A stretch of 64,000 nucleotides of DNA from the human T2T-CHM13v2.0 reference genome, Homo sapiens: the NCBI RefSeq assembly GCF_009914755.1, contig NC_060937.1; one strand, given 5' to 3'. Positions 14,568-27,626 of this stretch are shown piece by piece. Within the stretch, counting starts at the first letter, position 1, and each line of letters begins with the position of its first letter. A program made the position numbers and the translations under genes. The notes under the pieces are model-generated. The model was not told where the DNA came from. It searched no databases and saw nothing but the letters and a program-made list of their open reading frames with translations.

Positions 14568-14949
14568 ATGCTTAATAATCAATGTCTGTTATCTAAGTTC
14601 TTAAAATGCTTAGAATATTGTAAAGAAGTATTTTAAAAGTTCATTATAGTTAATTATGGTTGACTTTTCTTTCTGTTTTTCTTAATTTTTCAAATTTTCT
14701 ATCATGAGCATGTGTTAGTTTTATAATCAGGACGGTAGCAGTAGAGTCTTTAATTGGACTTTGGGCCATTTTTCCTACCGTTTACTTTCCTGTATTTTCT
14801 GTATTTCTTACAATAAGCATGTGTTGCTTTTATAGGAGAAAAAATAGGTTTAAAAAAGAGGAAAAAACTTTAAGCCCAATATTATGACTTGTTATTTTAT
14901 GGAATTCAATAGGAACTGACATTACAGATACTATAATAAAGTTTCTTTT

Positions 14950-16020
14950 TTAACTTTTCATTTTGAAATGATTTTAGACTTTAAAAAGACCAAAAACAGT
15001 ACAAAGAATTTCCATAAACTTTCACCCAGATTTCCCAGATTTTGTTTTACATTTCTTCTTTTTCTCAGACTTCTCTTCCACTTTCCCACCATACAAATGC
15101 ATGTATGCATATATATTAAAAATGATCTCTTTTTTGTCTCCTTTAATCTGAAATAGTTCCTCAGTCTTTCTGTGACTTTTATGACCTTGACACTTTTATG
15201 ACCTTGACACTTTTATGACCTTGACACTTTAGAAGGGAAACAGCATTTATGTTATGGAATGTCCGTTGGTCTGGATTTTCTAATGTTTCCTCGTGACTGG
15301 ATTTAAGATATTGAAAGAAATATCACACGGTGATGATGTGTTCTCCCCTGTGCGTTTCATTAGGAAGCTCATGTGTCTGCTTGTGTCATAACTGGTGGTA
15401 TTGACTTTCATCAGTGGATTGATTACCCCAAGTTTCTGTAATGCAAAGATTTTTTTCCCTATGTGATTAAAAAGTGTCATATGGGGAGACACTTTGAGAC
15501 TATATAAATGTTCTGTTTCCCATCCTTCTATGAACCCACTAGTCTCAGCATCCATTGATGATCCTTGACAGAAACAGTTGCTGTGGTGGTTGCAGAATGG
15601 TGATTTTTTTGTCATGCCATAATTTCTTCAACATTAGTTAGTAAGCATTCTGCTGCAAATGCTTTCATTTATTTCCCTATTTATTTACTTGCTCATTTAT
15701 ATCAGTATGGACTGATGGATTATTTTATTCTGTGGTTTATAATCCATTGACTTATTTTGATCCTTACGTTTTTCCACATTTGGCTGGTGGGAGCCCTTTC
15801 AGACAGGCTTCTGTGTCCTTTTGACATCTCCCCACCAATCTCGGAAGTAAAGTCCTTTGAGTACCTTACTCTTTCTAGCACAGCAATACATTCTAGGTTC
15901 ATGTGGTTTTCTGCCCTCAGCCCTGGAGTCATTTTTCCAAGAAGCTTGATTCCTTTTAGTGGAGTACAAAAAGCCAAAATCTTGTCAAACCAAGATCTAG
16001 GTTCCAGTGTGTGTGCTAAA
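14950..16020 (-). mobile_element. Old L1M 3' remnant
   Basis: T-rich degenerate L1 3'UTR-like sequence. Confidence 0.5.
15175..15230. repeat. 17-bp tandem repeat (acttttatgaccttgac) x~3
   Basis: Directly visible. Confidence 0.9.
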
Positions 16021-16300
16021 ATTTATGAAAGCCCTAGTTATGACTGCTCTTTTGTTCCCCAGAAAGGACTCATACAAGATACCTTGATTGTTTCCAGTAA
16101 ATCTTTACTTTTAAATACAGCTGAAAATCCACGTACAGTTTTTATGCTTTGGCAATTTAGAGGTGTGAGACAAAGTCAAAACATTAGTGATTTTCTTTAT
16201 ACTTTGTTTTCCAAAGTAAAAAAAAGTTTCTTTTAAGCTATTCGTGTCTTAAAACAACTGAGTAAAGTGTAGTTTCATAAACAAATGAAAACATTTACCT

Positions 16301-16367
16301 TTCTCTTTACCTAAACTCTCTTTACTTAAAACTCTCTTTACCTAAATTCTCTTTACCTGAAACTCTC
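16301..16367. repeat. 15-16 bp tandem repeat (aaactctctttacct) x~4
   Basis: Directly visible. Confidence 0.85.
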
Positions 16368-17335
16368 CAGAATTTAGAAACTATTTATCAGTGGCTAAGG
16401 CCAAAATAATTGTCACTCAGTTACTAAAAATAATTCATTATTCAAAAAATAACATATAATTTCATGTCGTGACTGACCCCATATTACTAACAATCTGGCC
16501 AGCCTACAATAAATAACAAAATTGTTTTTCCCCCACCAAGAAACATGACTTCCTGGTAATAAACCTTCCCAATACTAAGAAATAAAAAAAAGTCTTATCA
16601 TTCTAACCCAAACAAAAATTCATCGTCAATACTTCCATTAAAGTTTTTAATTTAAAAGTACAGTTAATATACAAATATATCCCAATTTTGTTAGTTATGT
16701 TTTCTCCGATCTGTAACTCACTTTCATGGTATTTAAAATTATTTATTTTAAATAAATACTACCATATATAATCTATAGTTCCTTGTAATAGTCCCATTAA
16801 AATAGATTAGGTACAGAAAAAGACTACATCAAGAAAAAAACGAGATCATACTAATTAAAGAAATAAATACAGTCCAAAACATGTTTTCTAATAAATAGAC
16901 AAGTATACACCCCAAACCTGATACTCATTCCTTATGACTATGACAACTGTGACTAAAGACTATGGACTTTCCTAGAGAAGAGCCTTCCCAACTACATAAT
17001 ACAATCACTGCTGGTCTTGTATATACAACAGAGGGTTGAATTACGACCAGAAGGGGGAACTTGTGAGACAAAGTAACAAAAGTAAGAAGCCCTTTGCTTG
17101 TTCGCTTGGCTTGCCAGCAGAATTTCAACAAAATCCCTTGTCAACAAAACTTCACAAAGTGCCTGACTCAAGGACTGAGAGCAGCCCTCTGGAAGAATGC
17201 CCTAAAGATGATACACGGGGTAGAGCGCAGGTTCTAAATCACTGCATTTTCCAAATACAGAAGATAATGTCTAAGGATTTTGCTTTTATCATCTGTAACC
17301 AGATGTATCCTCACATTTTACTCTATTGTAACTTG

Positions 17336-17356
17336 TATTAGGTTGGTGCAAAAGTA
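17336..17356 (+). mobile_element. Hsmar1/Made1 terminal inverted repeat fragment inserted at TA
   Basis: TA followed by TTAGGTTGGTGCAAAAGTA. Confidence 0.75.
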
Positions 17357-18619
17357 TCTAATGTTACTTCTAAACACATTTGATGTACCTGCTAGACACA
17401 GGCAGGGCCGCCATCACTTATATATAAACTGTGGGCCAAAATACTACTTTAAAATAGTATAACAACTCTTGAGAAGCCTCTCCCGGGTTACATTCCTCAG
17501 TAAGACTTACAAATAAAGCTAACTTTAATTCTTCAAAAGCCTGATTTTTCTTTAGTTAACAGAGGCATTTATCTCAACCTGATGTATTTGGACATGAGTT
17601 CATGTGGTACTAATAAGTCCAGAAGTGGAACCTTTGTCAACAAAGAATGAATAAATTGCATTTACCTCAATGTGCTCCATAATTCAGAATTAGTTTAGCT
17701 ATTAATGGACTTGCTATTGAAAGAGTGAGTAGAATTCAGCTTTTCAAATCATTTGCTGTTTGCAAAACTGAAGATTGTAATTATAACACTATTCTTATTC
17801 ATCAGAAAATATAGCTCTTTCCATTTTTTTCTCTTCAGACACTTGTCAGCTTTCAGCAGCTGGCAAAATATTAATTATGCAAGTCTCTAAATTTTATGTC
17901 CCTTTATAAATTGAGAACTTCTGAGTGGAAATGTAGTATCAGTTGCATGTTTTTCAAATAGGGTTAGGCATCGGACCTAGAAGCAAATGTTGCTTGTCCT
18001 TTTCTGCTTATGCAGCATCGAGCTGAGAGTACATGATGTTGTTCTCAACAATAGTTGGTGTGCTTTGAGAGTATTGCTGTCACTTTTGCAAGAGGCTATT
18101 GTGTACACTCCCATAGTCTTGGTGTATATGCTGTCCCTATTAATTAGTTTTCTGTACAGCCGAAGGGGATGGGATGGGAGCTTTTAAAGTTGGACTGGAG
18201 TATGTGTGTATATATAAATTTATTTTAAACTATGAATGGTCAAGCAGAAACACAATAATTGGTTTCATTTTGTGACTATGTCAGACATTCAGAAATAAAG
18301 AACTGATAGACTTGAATATGAAGCATTTGGAACGTGGTGCTCATCTACAAAACACCCAGCATTTCACCAAATGGATTCTATAAAACAGTAGTTCTGAAAG
18401 ATGTTATTAGGCGTTTCCAGGCCCAGTCACTATGAGAACATGATATGTTAGATGCTTCTCTTGCAGATTGCCAGTGCACATTAGCTTATTAATGACTTTA
18501 AGACACCCCAAGGCATAGAAACATGTTTAATCCTTCTAGCTCCTCATTGCCCAGCCTGCCTTGAGCAGGAAGCATTTGTTGGCTTTGTGCTTGTTAACAA
18601 GAAACACTGGCATAGATCA

Positions 18620-20159
18620 TGTGTTTTTCATTCAGCTGATAGTTGTTGAGCACTGGCTGAGCACAAGCAGTGCAGAGGTGAAAGGCAGAACTCCAACTCT
18701 CCTAGAGCTTAGATGAATGAAGGCAAGATTAGAGTTCCCTGACGAGTCCTGTGATCCAGGTCAGCTTAGGGCATTGTGGAGCACAGAGGGGGTCAAATGC
18801 TCTTACAGAGCCCAGTCTACATCCTGAGTTAGCCAGGACTCAGTTCTTATGTTTTTGTTCACTTATTCCGAAATCTTTTCTGAGTACCTACTATAAGCCA
18901 GGCATGCTCTAGACATTGGAGACTGATATAGCAGTACACAGAGCTAAGGGGAATCCTTGTCTTTGTGGATCATATGTTCTAGTGGTGGGAGACAGATGAG
19001 AAACAAGATGAATACATACAAGTGCATAATTTATTACTTGGTGATTAGTGCTAGTCAGGAAAATACAGCAGAGCAGGGATAAGAGGGGTGTGTGATCACA
19101 TGTGTGATGAGGTGATGGCATTTAGCCAGGGCTGCTAGGAAAGCCTCACTTAGAAGGTGACATTTGGGTGTAGAGCTAGAGGAAGTGAGGGAGCAAACCA
19201 TGTGAGTTTCTGGAGCAGAAGTGGTCTACGCAGAAGGAACTGGAAATGCAAAGGCCTGGGGAGAAGGGGGATGCTTGGGTATGTCTGAGAAACAGTGAGG
19301 AAGCCAGGGTAGTTGGAGTGGGACATACAAGCGAGAGGTTAATAGGAGATGAGGCCCAAAGGTGAACGGAGCTAGGTCGTGTAGGAGCTTATAAGTGGTC
19401 ATCTGGCCTTTAGCTTTTATTCTGAGTGAATTGGCAAGGCATGGAATGGATTTGAACACTCAGAGGAGTAACAGGATCTGAGACTGGTTTGGACAAGATG
19501 ACTGGGGCTGCTCGGTTGAGAGTGAACTGAGCAGGGGCGTGGATGGAGGCAAGGTTGCTGGAAGACCAATCCCTTGGCGGTTAGGGAGGTCGAGGTGAGT
19601 GGTGATTATGCCTTGGGACAGGGTAGGATCAGGGCAGGTGGTGCGTGCAGAGCAGTCAGACCCTGGATATATTCTGAAAATGGATGTGTATGACAGTTTG
19701 CTGGAGAGCCAGTGTGGAGTGTGAGTGATTGAGAGATGGCAAGGATGACCCTAAAGTCTGTGACTGGAGCAACGGGAAGAATGGAGCTGGCTCTTCCAAG
19801 AGGGGAAGATGGGAGAGAAGCAGGCTTATGAGGGGGTATTAGGACTCCATTCAGGGCAAGTTATGTTTCAGTTATTAGACACCCAGTGATGCTGTCAGTA
19901 AGGAGTTTGATACATGCATCAGGATCTCAGGAAGAGGCCCATCTGGAGGTAGAAATTTAGGAATCATCAGCATAGAGGAAGTGTTTACAGCCATTAGACC
20001 GGATGAGATGCCTAAATGAATGTTGATGGAAAAGAGAAGAGGTTGGAATATTTAACACAGATCTTTTTTTCTGTGTCAGTAGCTTTTAAAAGTGGAGTTT
20101 TTGGAAATATTAAAACACTAGGTTTAGAAGCAGAAGTAATTAGCTTTTGTTTTTTGTTT

Positions 20160-20192
<33 letters not shown>

Positions 20193-20590
20193 CAAAAAGA
20201 ACTTTTGTTAAATAAAAAGAAAAAGCCAAGACCTCGAGCCCTGGACTCCTGTGGAATTTTGAGTCTGGGGAGGGAGGAAGCAGCAGAGGGAGCAGAGGGC
20301 CCACGAGGCAGGAGGGCACCTGCAGGCTCTTGGCAGGCAGGCTTGGCCTGGGCATCATGGTCAGCACTGGGCCGTGCCAGAGAGAGGCCGGATGGATGAG
20401 GCCTGAGAACTGGCCCTTGACTTAGCAGGGAGAAATGGTCTGCTGAGTTGGGTCAGCCCTTTCATAGAGTGATAGGGCAAAAACAGGACTGGCGTGGGGT
20501 TGGGCAGAATGGGGAAAGGGGCGAGGACAGAGCAGCATGGGGTACTCTGGGGAAGCTTTGCTGCGAAGGGAGGAGAGTAAGAGTGTAGGG
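18620..20590 (-). mobile_element. L2 remnants (antisense)
   Basis: Signatures ctgagtacctacta...ccaggcatgctctag and gaaggtgacatttg. Confidence 0.7.
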
Positions 20591-20735
20591 TGAGGAGCAG
20601 GGGAAGAGGGAGGGTTTTTCAGTGCAGAATTCTAGATTTTTATGATTTTCTTCTCCAGGTTTTTAAAAAAAACTGTGATAAAATTTACATAACATTAAAT
20701 TTACCTTAACAGTTTTTAAGTGGACAGTCCAGTAG

Positions 20736-21135
20736 CGTCTTTGTGTGTTGCTGTAAAGGCTGGGTAACTTAGAAAGAAAAGAAGTTTATTTAGCTGATGA
20801 TTGTGCAGGCTGTACAAGAAGCATAGCACGAGCATCTGCTTCTGGTGAGGCCTCAGAAAGTTTCCGCTCATGAAGGAAGGTGAAGGGGAGCTGTGTGTGC
20901 AGAGGTCACATGGAGAGAGAGAGGAAACAAGGAGTGGGAGGTGCCGCCAGGCTCTTTTTAACAGCCAGCTCTCACAGGAACTACTAGAGCAAAAACTCGC
21001 TCACCCAGGGAGGGCATTAGTCTATTCACGAGGGATCCACCCTTGTGATCCAAACAAATTCTATCATGTCCCACCTCCAACATTGGGGATCACATTTCAA
21101 CATGAGATTTGGAGGCAACCAGCATCCACGCTGTA
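20736..21135. mobile_element. MST-type MaLR LTR inserted into an L1
   Basis: gcaggctgtacaagaagcatagc...ctgcttctggtgaggcctcag...acatttcaacatgagatttgg. Confidence 0.85.
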
Positions 21136-21790
21136 GCAAGTAATGTTAACCACTGTGTACACATGGCTGTGCAGCAGATCTCCAGAATGTTGTCATCCTG
21201 CAGAAGCAAAACTCTGCGCTCGTTACAGAACTCCCCATTTCCCTCTTCCTCTGACCCCTGGCAACCACCATTCTCCTGTCTCTATGAAATGGACTACTTT
21301 ACATGCCTCATATAAGTGGAATCGTACAGTATTTGTCTTTTGTGACTGATTAATTTTGCTTAGCCTAATGTCATCCTCAAGGTTCATCCATGTTGTAGCA
21401 TGTGTCAGAATTTCCTTCCTTTAAAGGCTGAATAATACTCCATTGTATGTGTGTACCACATTTTGTTTATCCGTTCATGTATTGCTGGACACTCAGGTTC
21501 TTCCACCTCTGCTACTGTGAATAGTGCTTCTGTGAACATAGGTATGCAAATGTCTCTTCACATCCTTGCTTGCACTTCTTTACGGGTATATACTCAAGTA
21601 GAGTTGCTGGGTCATATGTTTAATTTTGGGGGGAACCACCACACAGTTTTCCACAGCAGTTGTACCATTGTACATTCTCACCAACAGCGCACAGGGTTCC
21701 AATTTCTCCACATTCTTACCAACACTTTTCTGCGTTTTTGTTTTTGTTTTTTAAATAGTAGCATCCTAATGGGTATGAGAGGTGGTGGTG
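21136..21790 (-). mobile_element. L1MA/MB 3' region (left part at ~20670-20735)
   Basis: aaggttcatccatgttgtagcatgtgtcagaatttccttcc...ggctgaataatactccattg. Confidence 0.85.
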
Positions 21791-22069
21791 AGAGGGATTT
21801 CAGTCATTCTTAAAACTGTTAAAATGATTGAAATCATGGCAGATTTGTAAGAGGAGAAATGGTAGGTAAAGCACTTGGGCTTTGGTTTGCCCCTGTGAGT
21901 GCTCAGGAGTGTCAGTCAGCTACTACTGTGAGGAAGGGGGTGCCCATGCCTGAGGCAGAGGGAGCAGAGCAGCTGTGCAGAAGCACAGAGTGTGAGGAAG
22001 TGGGAGAGTGTGGGGCTGCAAGTAGTGCATTCTGGCTGGAGCACCAGGCAAGGGCAGAAATGAGGTGCG

Positions 22070-22794
22070 GCCAGTTAGAAAGGCTACTATTAAAAAGTCA
22101 AAAAATAACAGATGTTGGCAATGCTGCAGAGAAAAGGGAATGCTTACTTACTGTAAACATGGTGGGAATGTAAATTAGTTCAGCCACTGTGGAAAGGAGT
22201 TTGGAGATTTCTCAAAGAACTTAAAACAGAACTACCATTCCGTCCAGCAATTCCATTACTGGGCATAGACCCAAAGGAAAATGGATCATTTTACCAAAAA
22301 GACACATGCACTTGTATGTTCATCACAGTGCTGTTTGCAGTAAGAAAGACATGGAATCCACCTGAGTACCTATCAGTGGTGGATTGGATAAAGAAAATGT
22401 GGTACATCATGGGATACTACGCAGCCATAATGAAGAATGAAGTCATGTCTTTTGCAGCAACATGGATGCAGCTGGAGGCCATTATTGTAAGAGAATTAAC
22501 ACAGGAACAGAAAACCAAATACTGCCTGTTCTCACTTTTAAGTGGGAGCTAAGCACTGGGTACGCATAGACATAAAAATGGGAACAGTAGACACTGGGGA
22601 CTACTGGATGGGGAGAGAGGAAGAGGGGCAAAGGCCAACAAAGTGTCTCTTGGATACTGTGTTCACTACCTGGGTATGGGATCATTCATTCCCCAAACTG
22701 CAGTCACTCAGTATACCCATGTAACGAACCTGCACATGTACCCTCTGAATCTAAGATAAAAGTTGAAATTATTTTTTAAAAAACCGGGGAAAAA
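22070..22794 (+). mobile_element. 5'-truncated L1 (PB/MA-like): ORF2 C-terminus plus 3'UTR
   Basis: ORF2 tail-like DWIKKMWYI; TSD agaaatgaRgtgcRg at 22056 / 22795. Confidence 0.9.
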
Positions 22795-24982
22795 AGAAAT
22801 GAAGTGCAGTGCACAGGGCCCTCTGTGTCATACACATACACATACACATACACATACTTATTAGATTTTATCTTGAAATGACGAGGAGCAGTAAAGAATT
22901 TAAATAGAAATGACGTAGTCAGTTCTTTCTGTTAGATCATTTGGCAGCAATGTGATGCATGGGTTCGGGGGTGGGAGGTGAATCTAAAAGCTATTGATGT
23001 AATTCAGGAGAGAAACGAGGGTCTGGGGCAAGATGGCGGTGGGTGTAGAAGGGACAAGACTTGGTGTTGAGTTAGCCGTAGAGAGAGGGAGCTGTCACAA
23101 TGACACCATTTCTGGCTTGGGCTTCATTTTGGATGGTGGGTGCTTTTCAACATGGGGATGCAGGTTTGAGGTAAGGTGAAAAGGAGTTATATTTCAGCTT
23201 GTACAGGATTTGAGAATCTTAACAGACGTCAACATGGAGATGTTCAGTAGCTAGTTAGATAACAAGTCTGGAGCTCAGGAAGGTGTTCATAAAGCAATAA
23301 ACGAGCATTAATTCTGGATGCTGCAGCTAGTTATAGTATTTTAAAATGTATATAGTTTGTGTGAAGGCTTTATTTTTTTGCCTTTGTGGAACCATTTTGC
23401 ATATTATGGGAATGGGAACTGTTGACAGAATTTTAAGTGAACCCAGAAGACCATGCTGTGGATATTGAGCTTTAAGAGAAGCAATTTAATGCTTAGCTGA
23501 AAGCTGAAATCTGGGTTTTTCTCTCCTTTTTTGGTGGGGGATGGGGTACATGTTTATTGATTTATTCTTATTTTCTAAGAGGAATTCTTCTTGTTAAAAC
23601 AGTTACACAGAATCTATGAAATTATACTAATTTTAAATTCATAAGAATTCATTCCCAGTGTCTAGGTGTAACCATTTAAGCAGTAAAATATTTTAGTCCA
23701 TTTCATTAAGTAGATAAGAAATTATCGAGTGTTTCATGGCATGAAATAATTCATGAAGATTGCAGCCAAGGGAGTCCAGGGAGCTATGTGATAAAAGCAG
23801 AGAACTAAAAGTTAGAAGACCATATTTTTGTTTCATCTATTTCTGCCATGTACTAGCCATGGGATTTGGACGGATCACCTTTCTGATCCTCTGTTTAGTC
23901 AGCCAGAGAATGAAAACATTAACTTCCTGTTTACCTCCCGGGCTCACTTATTCATTGAACAGGTGTGTGCAGGAGGCATCACACAGGGCTAAGGCTAAAA
24001 CATGGAACACACGGAGTTCACAGTCTCATGGATTATAGCAAAGAGTACAGAAAGTGGCTGTGAAAGCAGCGTATAAACTATAAAGCACCATGGGAACTTT
24101 AGGGTTATTCTTAACTCTAATGAAGTTTTCTTCCTGGGAGGTTCAGGTTCTCTCTCTCATTTGAGTGATAAACTGATAGAAAATGAAAATAAAAAGAAGT
24201 GGTAGGTATCTCTGTCAGAAAAGTTAAGGTGAGATGTGCCTTGCACACTCAGAGTAGGCAGCTATTTAATATTTGTTGCATGGATAAAGTAATGGTGTTA
24301 GGATTTGGAAATTCAGTGTAAGCAGATAATGATTCTTATCTTGCTTGCTGAATTTTCAGAAATGTTACATTTTAAGAAAAGTGGGAGTTATATCTGGCAC
24401 TCAGAGGAATGTGGAAATGAGCCACGCAGAAAAATTTAACTCAGAATTCAAAATCTTGGTTTATAGAGAGTGCCTGAGTCAGCGCTATATACCTAGATTT
24501 CACAATATTAATTAGAAGAATTTAATGCCATTGGAAAGTGTTAGGCACAAATAAAATATCTAATGTTTCTGATTGTGAATGAGATAAAATCCCAGATTTA
24601 AAGGCCAACATGATAATTGAATTATCTTGAGGAATAAGTGAAAGTTTGGTTCCTGAGATTGTATTTACACTTAAAGCGTGAAAAATGAGAACTTAAGTTG
24701 CAGTTAGTGGGAAGCAACTTGAGCGATAGCTCATGTAGCAATAAAGATTCTATACTGTCTGGGATATTTTAAAATTCTACAACATTGAGTCAGTTTCAGA
24801 TTTATATGAGTATCTCTAATAAACTTCAAAAGTTCTAAAGGCCTTGGACTGTGACACTTTATTTTCATACTCGTTTGCACAAAATCCCACATGTTGACAG
24901 GAATAAGCACTGGTGAGGATGTGTGAGGGCCGCTTCATCAGCTCCCTAACAGATGGCCTTCTCCATTCATTTTATTCTACAG

Positions 24983-25117
24983 GCAAACATGCTGAAGACA
25001 TATTTGGTGAGTTGTTTAATGAGGCTAACAACTTCTACATCAGAGCAAATTCTCTTCAAGACAGAATTGATCGCCTTGCTGTCAAAGTCACCCAGCTGGA
25101 TTCAACAGTGGAAGAGG
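24983..25117 (+). CDS. WASF3: WASF3 coding exon 2 ([12 protein letters not shown]...LDSTVEE)
   Basis: ctacAG acceptor and GTAGGT donor; 135 nt, phase 1-1, in frame with neighbouring exons. Confidence 0.97.
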
Positions 25118-26572
25118 GTAGGTAATTGCCTGAAAGCAGTGAGCTAGAAGTGATGTTGACAAGATGGTAGTAATTAATTGCAGTGTAATTACTGCTTTTT
25201 CCTTGGGATGGCATGCTGATATTTCATCTTGTCTTTCCTAGAAGAATAGCGAGGGGGAAAAACCTACAACTTTGTGTTAATTCACGATGAAAAGATTCAT
25301 ATGTGGTCTACCTCATAACTCTATACTCTTTTTTAAAAAATTACAAATATAGTATTTGTTTTAAAGGCTTCTTTGAATACAGTCAGTATTAGAAGCCCCA
25401 ATTTAGGTTACTGACAGTTATTTTAAAAATAGTTTCTTACCTAAAACTTACAGAGCCACTCTAGAGATATGGTCCAACTGAGACAGTGTTACACATACCT
25501 TGTGTGACACAAGCACCTGGTGTTCTTAGGATTGATGCCTGTAAAATCCTGGTGATTCTGCTGATTTAAAAATTTTGTTAACCTTCTCAGAAATAGCATT
25601 TACCGAAAGCCTTTAGGCTGCAGGCTTTAAAATAATGTTAATGTCGACAAGCATTGTATAGTTAACTGATAGTCATTTGATGATACACCCTGAAATTGTC
25701 AGTTTCAACAAAATTGAAACTATCAACGATCCCTTTTTTAAAATTTTACTTTCAGTATCTTGAATGAAAGACTCAGATTGAGCTGGAGAAAATATGCTTA
25801 AAAAGTACAAAATATACCACTTCATATTTATTTTGAGAAAAATATTTAGGTTAAAATTTAGTTTTACCTTTAAATAATGGCAGTTAACAATTGCTCTTGT
25901 TGCTTTGAAAAGATCCTAGTGTCTGATTTTTGTGCTATATCTATAGAGTAGTATTGGTAAAAATAATGCTTTTATTTTTTAAAAAAAGTAGTTGTGGAAT
26001 TCATCTCTCATCATTTAAAAAATATATGTTATCTCATGTTCAGTCTTTTTCAAAGGTCAAAATTTGATTAGTGAATTACAAATATAACAAAAATGTAAAA
26101 CATTGATTTTAATATTCATTATAGAAGCATTCTTACTTTTCCAACAATAAGTATTAGTTGGTCTGTTCAGGTAAGGAATTCTTAACATTTTAAACCAATC
26201 ATTCACGTTTTAAATTAGCTATTCATCTTTCTTCAACTTTTTGTTGGCTGTTGCCGTTAGAATGCTTATGATAAACCTTACCCTAGAAAAGATTAATTGG
26301 TAAATTAAATTTTATGAGATTTTATAGTACATGTCATATCTTTAAAATCCTTTTCCAAACAAGATTTTACCTTATTACTTTCCTTGCCATGGATGTTACA
26401 GTAGAAAAAATACTTGACTGACAGGAAGTCTGTATTCTGTTTTGGTCTTGCCACTTTTTTGCTGGAGTTTTTGGAATCTTAACATTTCTGAAGCTCAGCT
26501 TCAGTGGTTGAATAGGTAGGTTAATAGCCTAGTCTGTCCACCTCAAAAAGTTTGATGAAAGTCAGATGAGTT

Positions 26573-26846
26573 GGCTGGGCGCGGTGGCTCACGCCTGTAA
26601 TCCCAGCACTTCGGGAGGCCGAGGCAGGCGGATCATGAGGTCAGGAGATCAAGACCATCCTGGCTAACATGGTGAAACCCGGTCTCTACTAAAAATACAA
26701 AAAATTAGCCGGTCGTGGTGGCGGGTGCCTGTAGTCCCAGCTACTCGGGAGGCTGAGGCAGGAGAATGGCACGAACCCGGGAGGCTGCACTCCAGCCTGG
26801 GTTACAGAGCAAGACTGTCTCAAAAAAAAAAAAAAAAAAAAAAAAA
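26573..26846 (+). mobile_element. AluY-like element with a ~30-nt right-arm deletion
   Basis: Y-type diagnostics accatcctggctaac and gagaatggc; gggaggc joined directly to tgcactcc; TSD agRtgagtt. Confidence 0.92.
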
Positions 26847-27472
26847 GAGGTGAGTTAATAAATGAAATGTAAAGTGCTGTACAAGCACAAGAAAGAACTT
26901 TACCCAGCCCCAATTTTCTGAATCCTTAGTGTAATTTTGTATCATCGATCAAGCTACTTAATTTTTGGGACTAGATACATGTTGAAAAGCTTTGCCATTT
27001 GCCATCTTTCCTTAATGTTTGTTTCAGAAAAACTTAATGTGTTATTTCCATTTGTGTAATTTTTGCAGAAGTATTTCCCACATGCATTATATTTAAACTA
27101 ATGTTGTTTGAACGGTGTTTTCCTTAGGATATTCAAATCTGTGCATTTACATGCCTGTTACATTCATAACTATATTCCTATGTGATTTCTGAGAAATGCT
27201 ATTTAAATAATGTTACTCTAGTATTAGGTTCAGTGAAATAATTAGATTACTACAAAAAAAAAGCCATGATTTGACCTCATTTCATAGTGATAGCTATTAT
27301 CTGTGAAAGGAAAGGAATGCACATGCTCTTAAACATGGTTTTTAAATGGACAATAAAAAATATTATTTGGTTGTTCTAGGAGGTGTTTTTAATTGTGAGT
27401 CAAATGGTATTTACTTCTAAACAGTTAAAAATATTTCTATATAACTCAACTTGGGGGATTTTCTCTAAATAG

Positions 27473-27626
27473 TCTCACTACAGGATATCAACATGAAAAA
27501 AGCTTTCAAAAGTTCCACAGTCCAAGACCAGCAAGTGGTTTCAAAGAACAGCATTCCTAATCCTGTTGCTGATATTTACAACCAGAGTGATAAGCCACCG
27601 CCTCTGAACATCCTGACACCATACAG
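27473..27626 (+). CDS. WASF3: WASF3 coding exon 3 ([15 protein letters not shown]...[10 protein letters not shown])
   Basis: aatAG acceptor and GTATAG donor; 154 nt, phase 1-2. Confidence 0.97.

Larger units (their letters stand above)
16040..17561 (+). mobile_element. ERV1 (MER4-group-type) internal remnant plus 3' LTR (17062-17561)
   Basis: Polypurine tract agaagggggaact just before TGTGAGAC; TATA-like element at ~17419; AATAAA at 17512; ends ttagttaaCA. Confidence 0.75.

Noticed and set aside
15757-16236. 159-aa ORF
   Set aside because: Spans an antisense L1/ERV junction; no coherent homology
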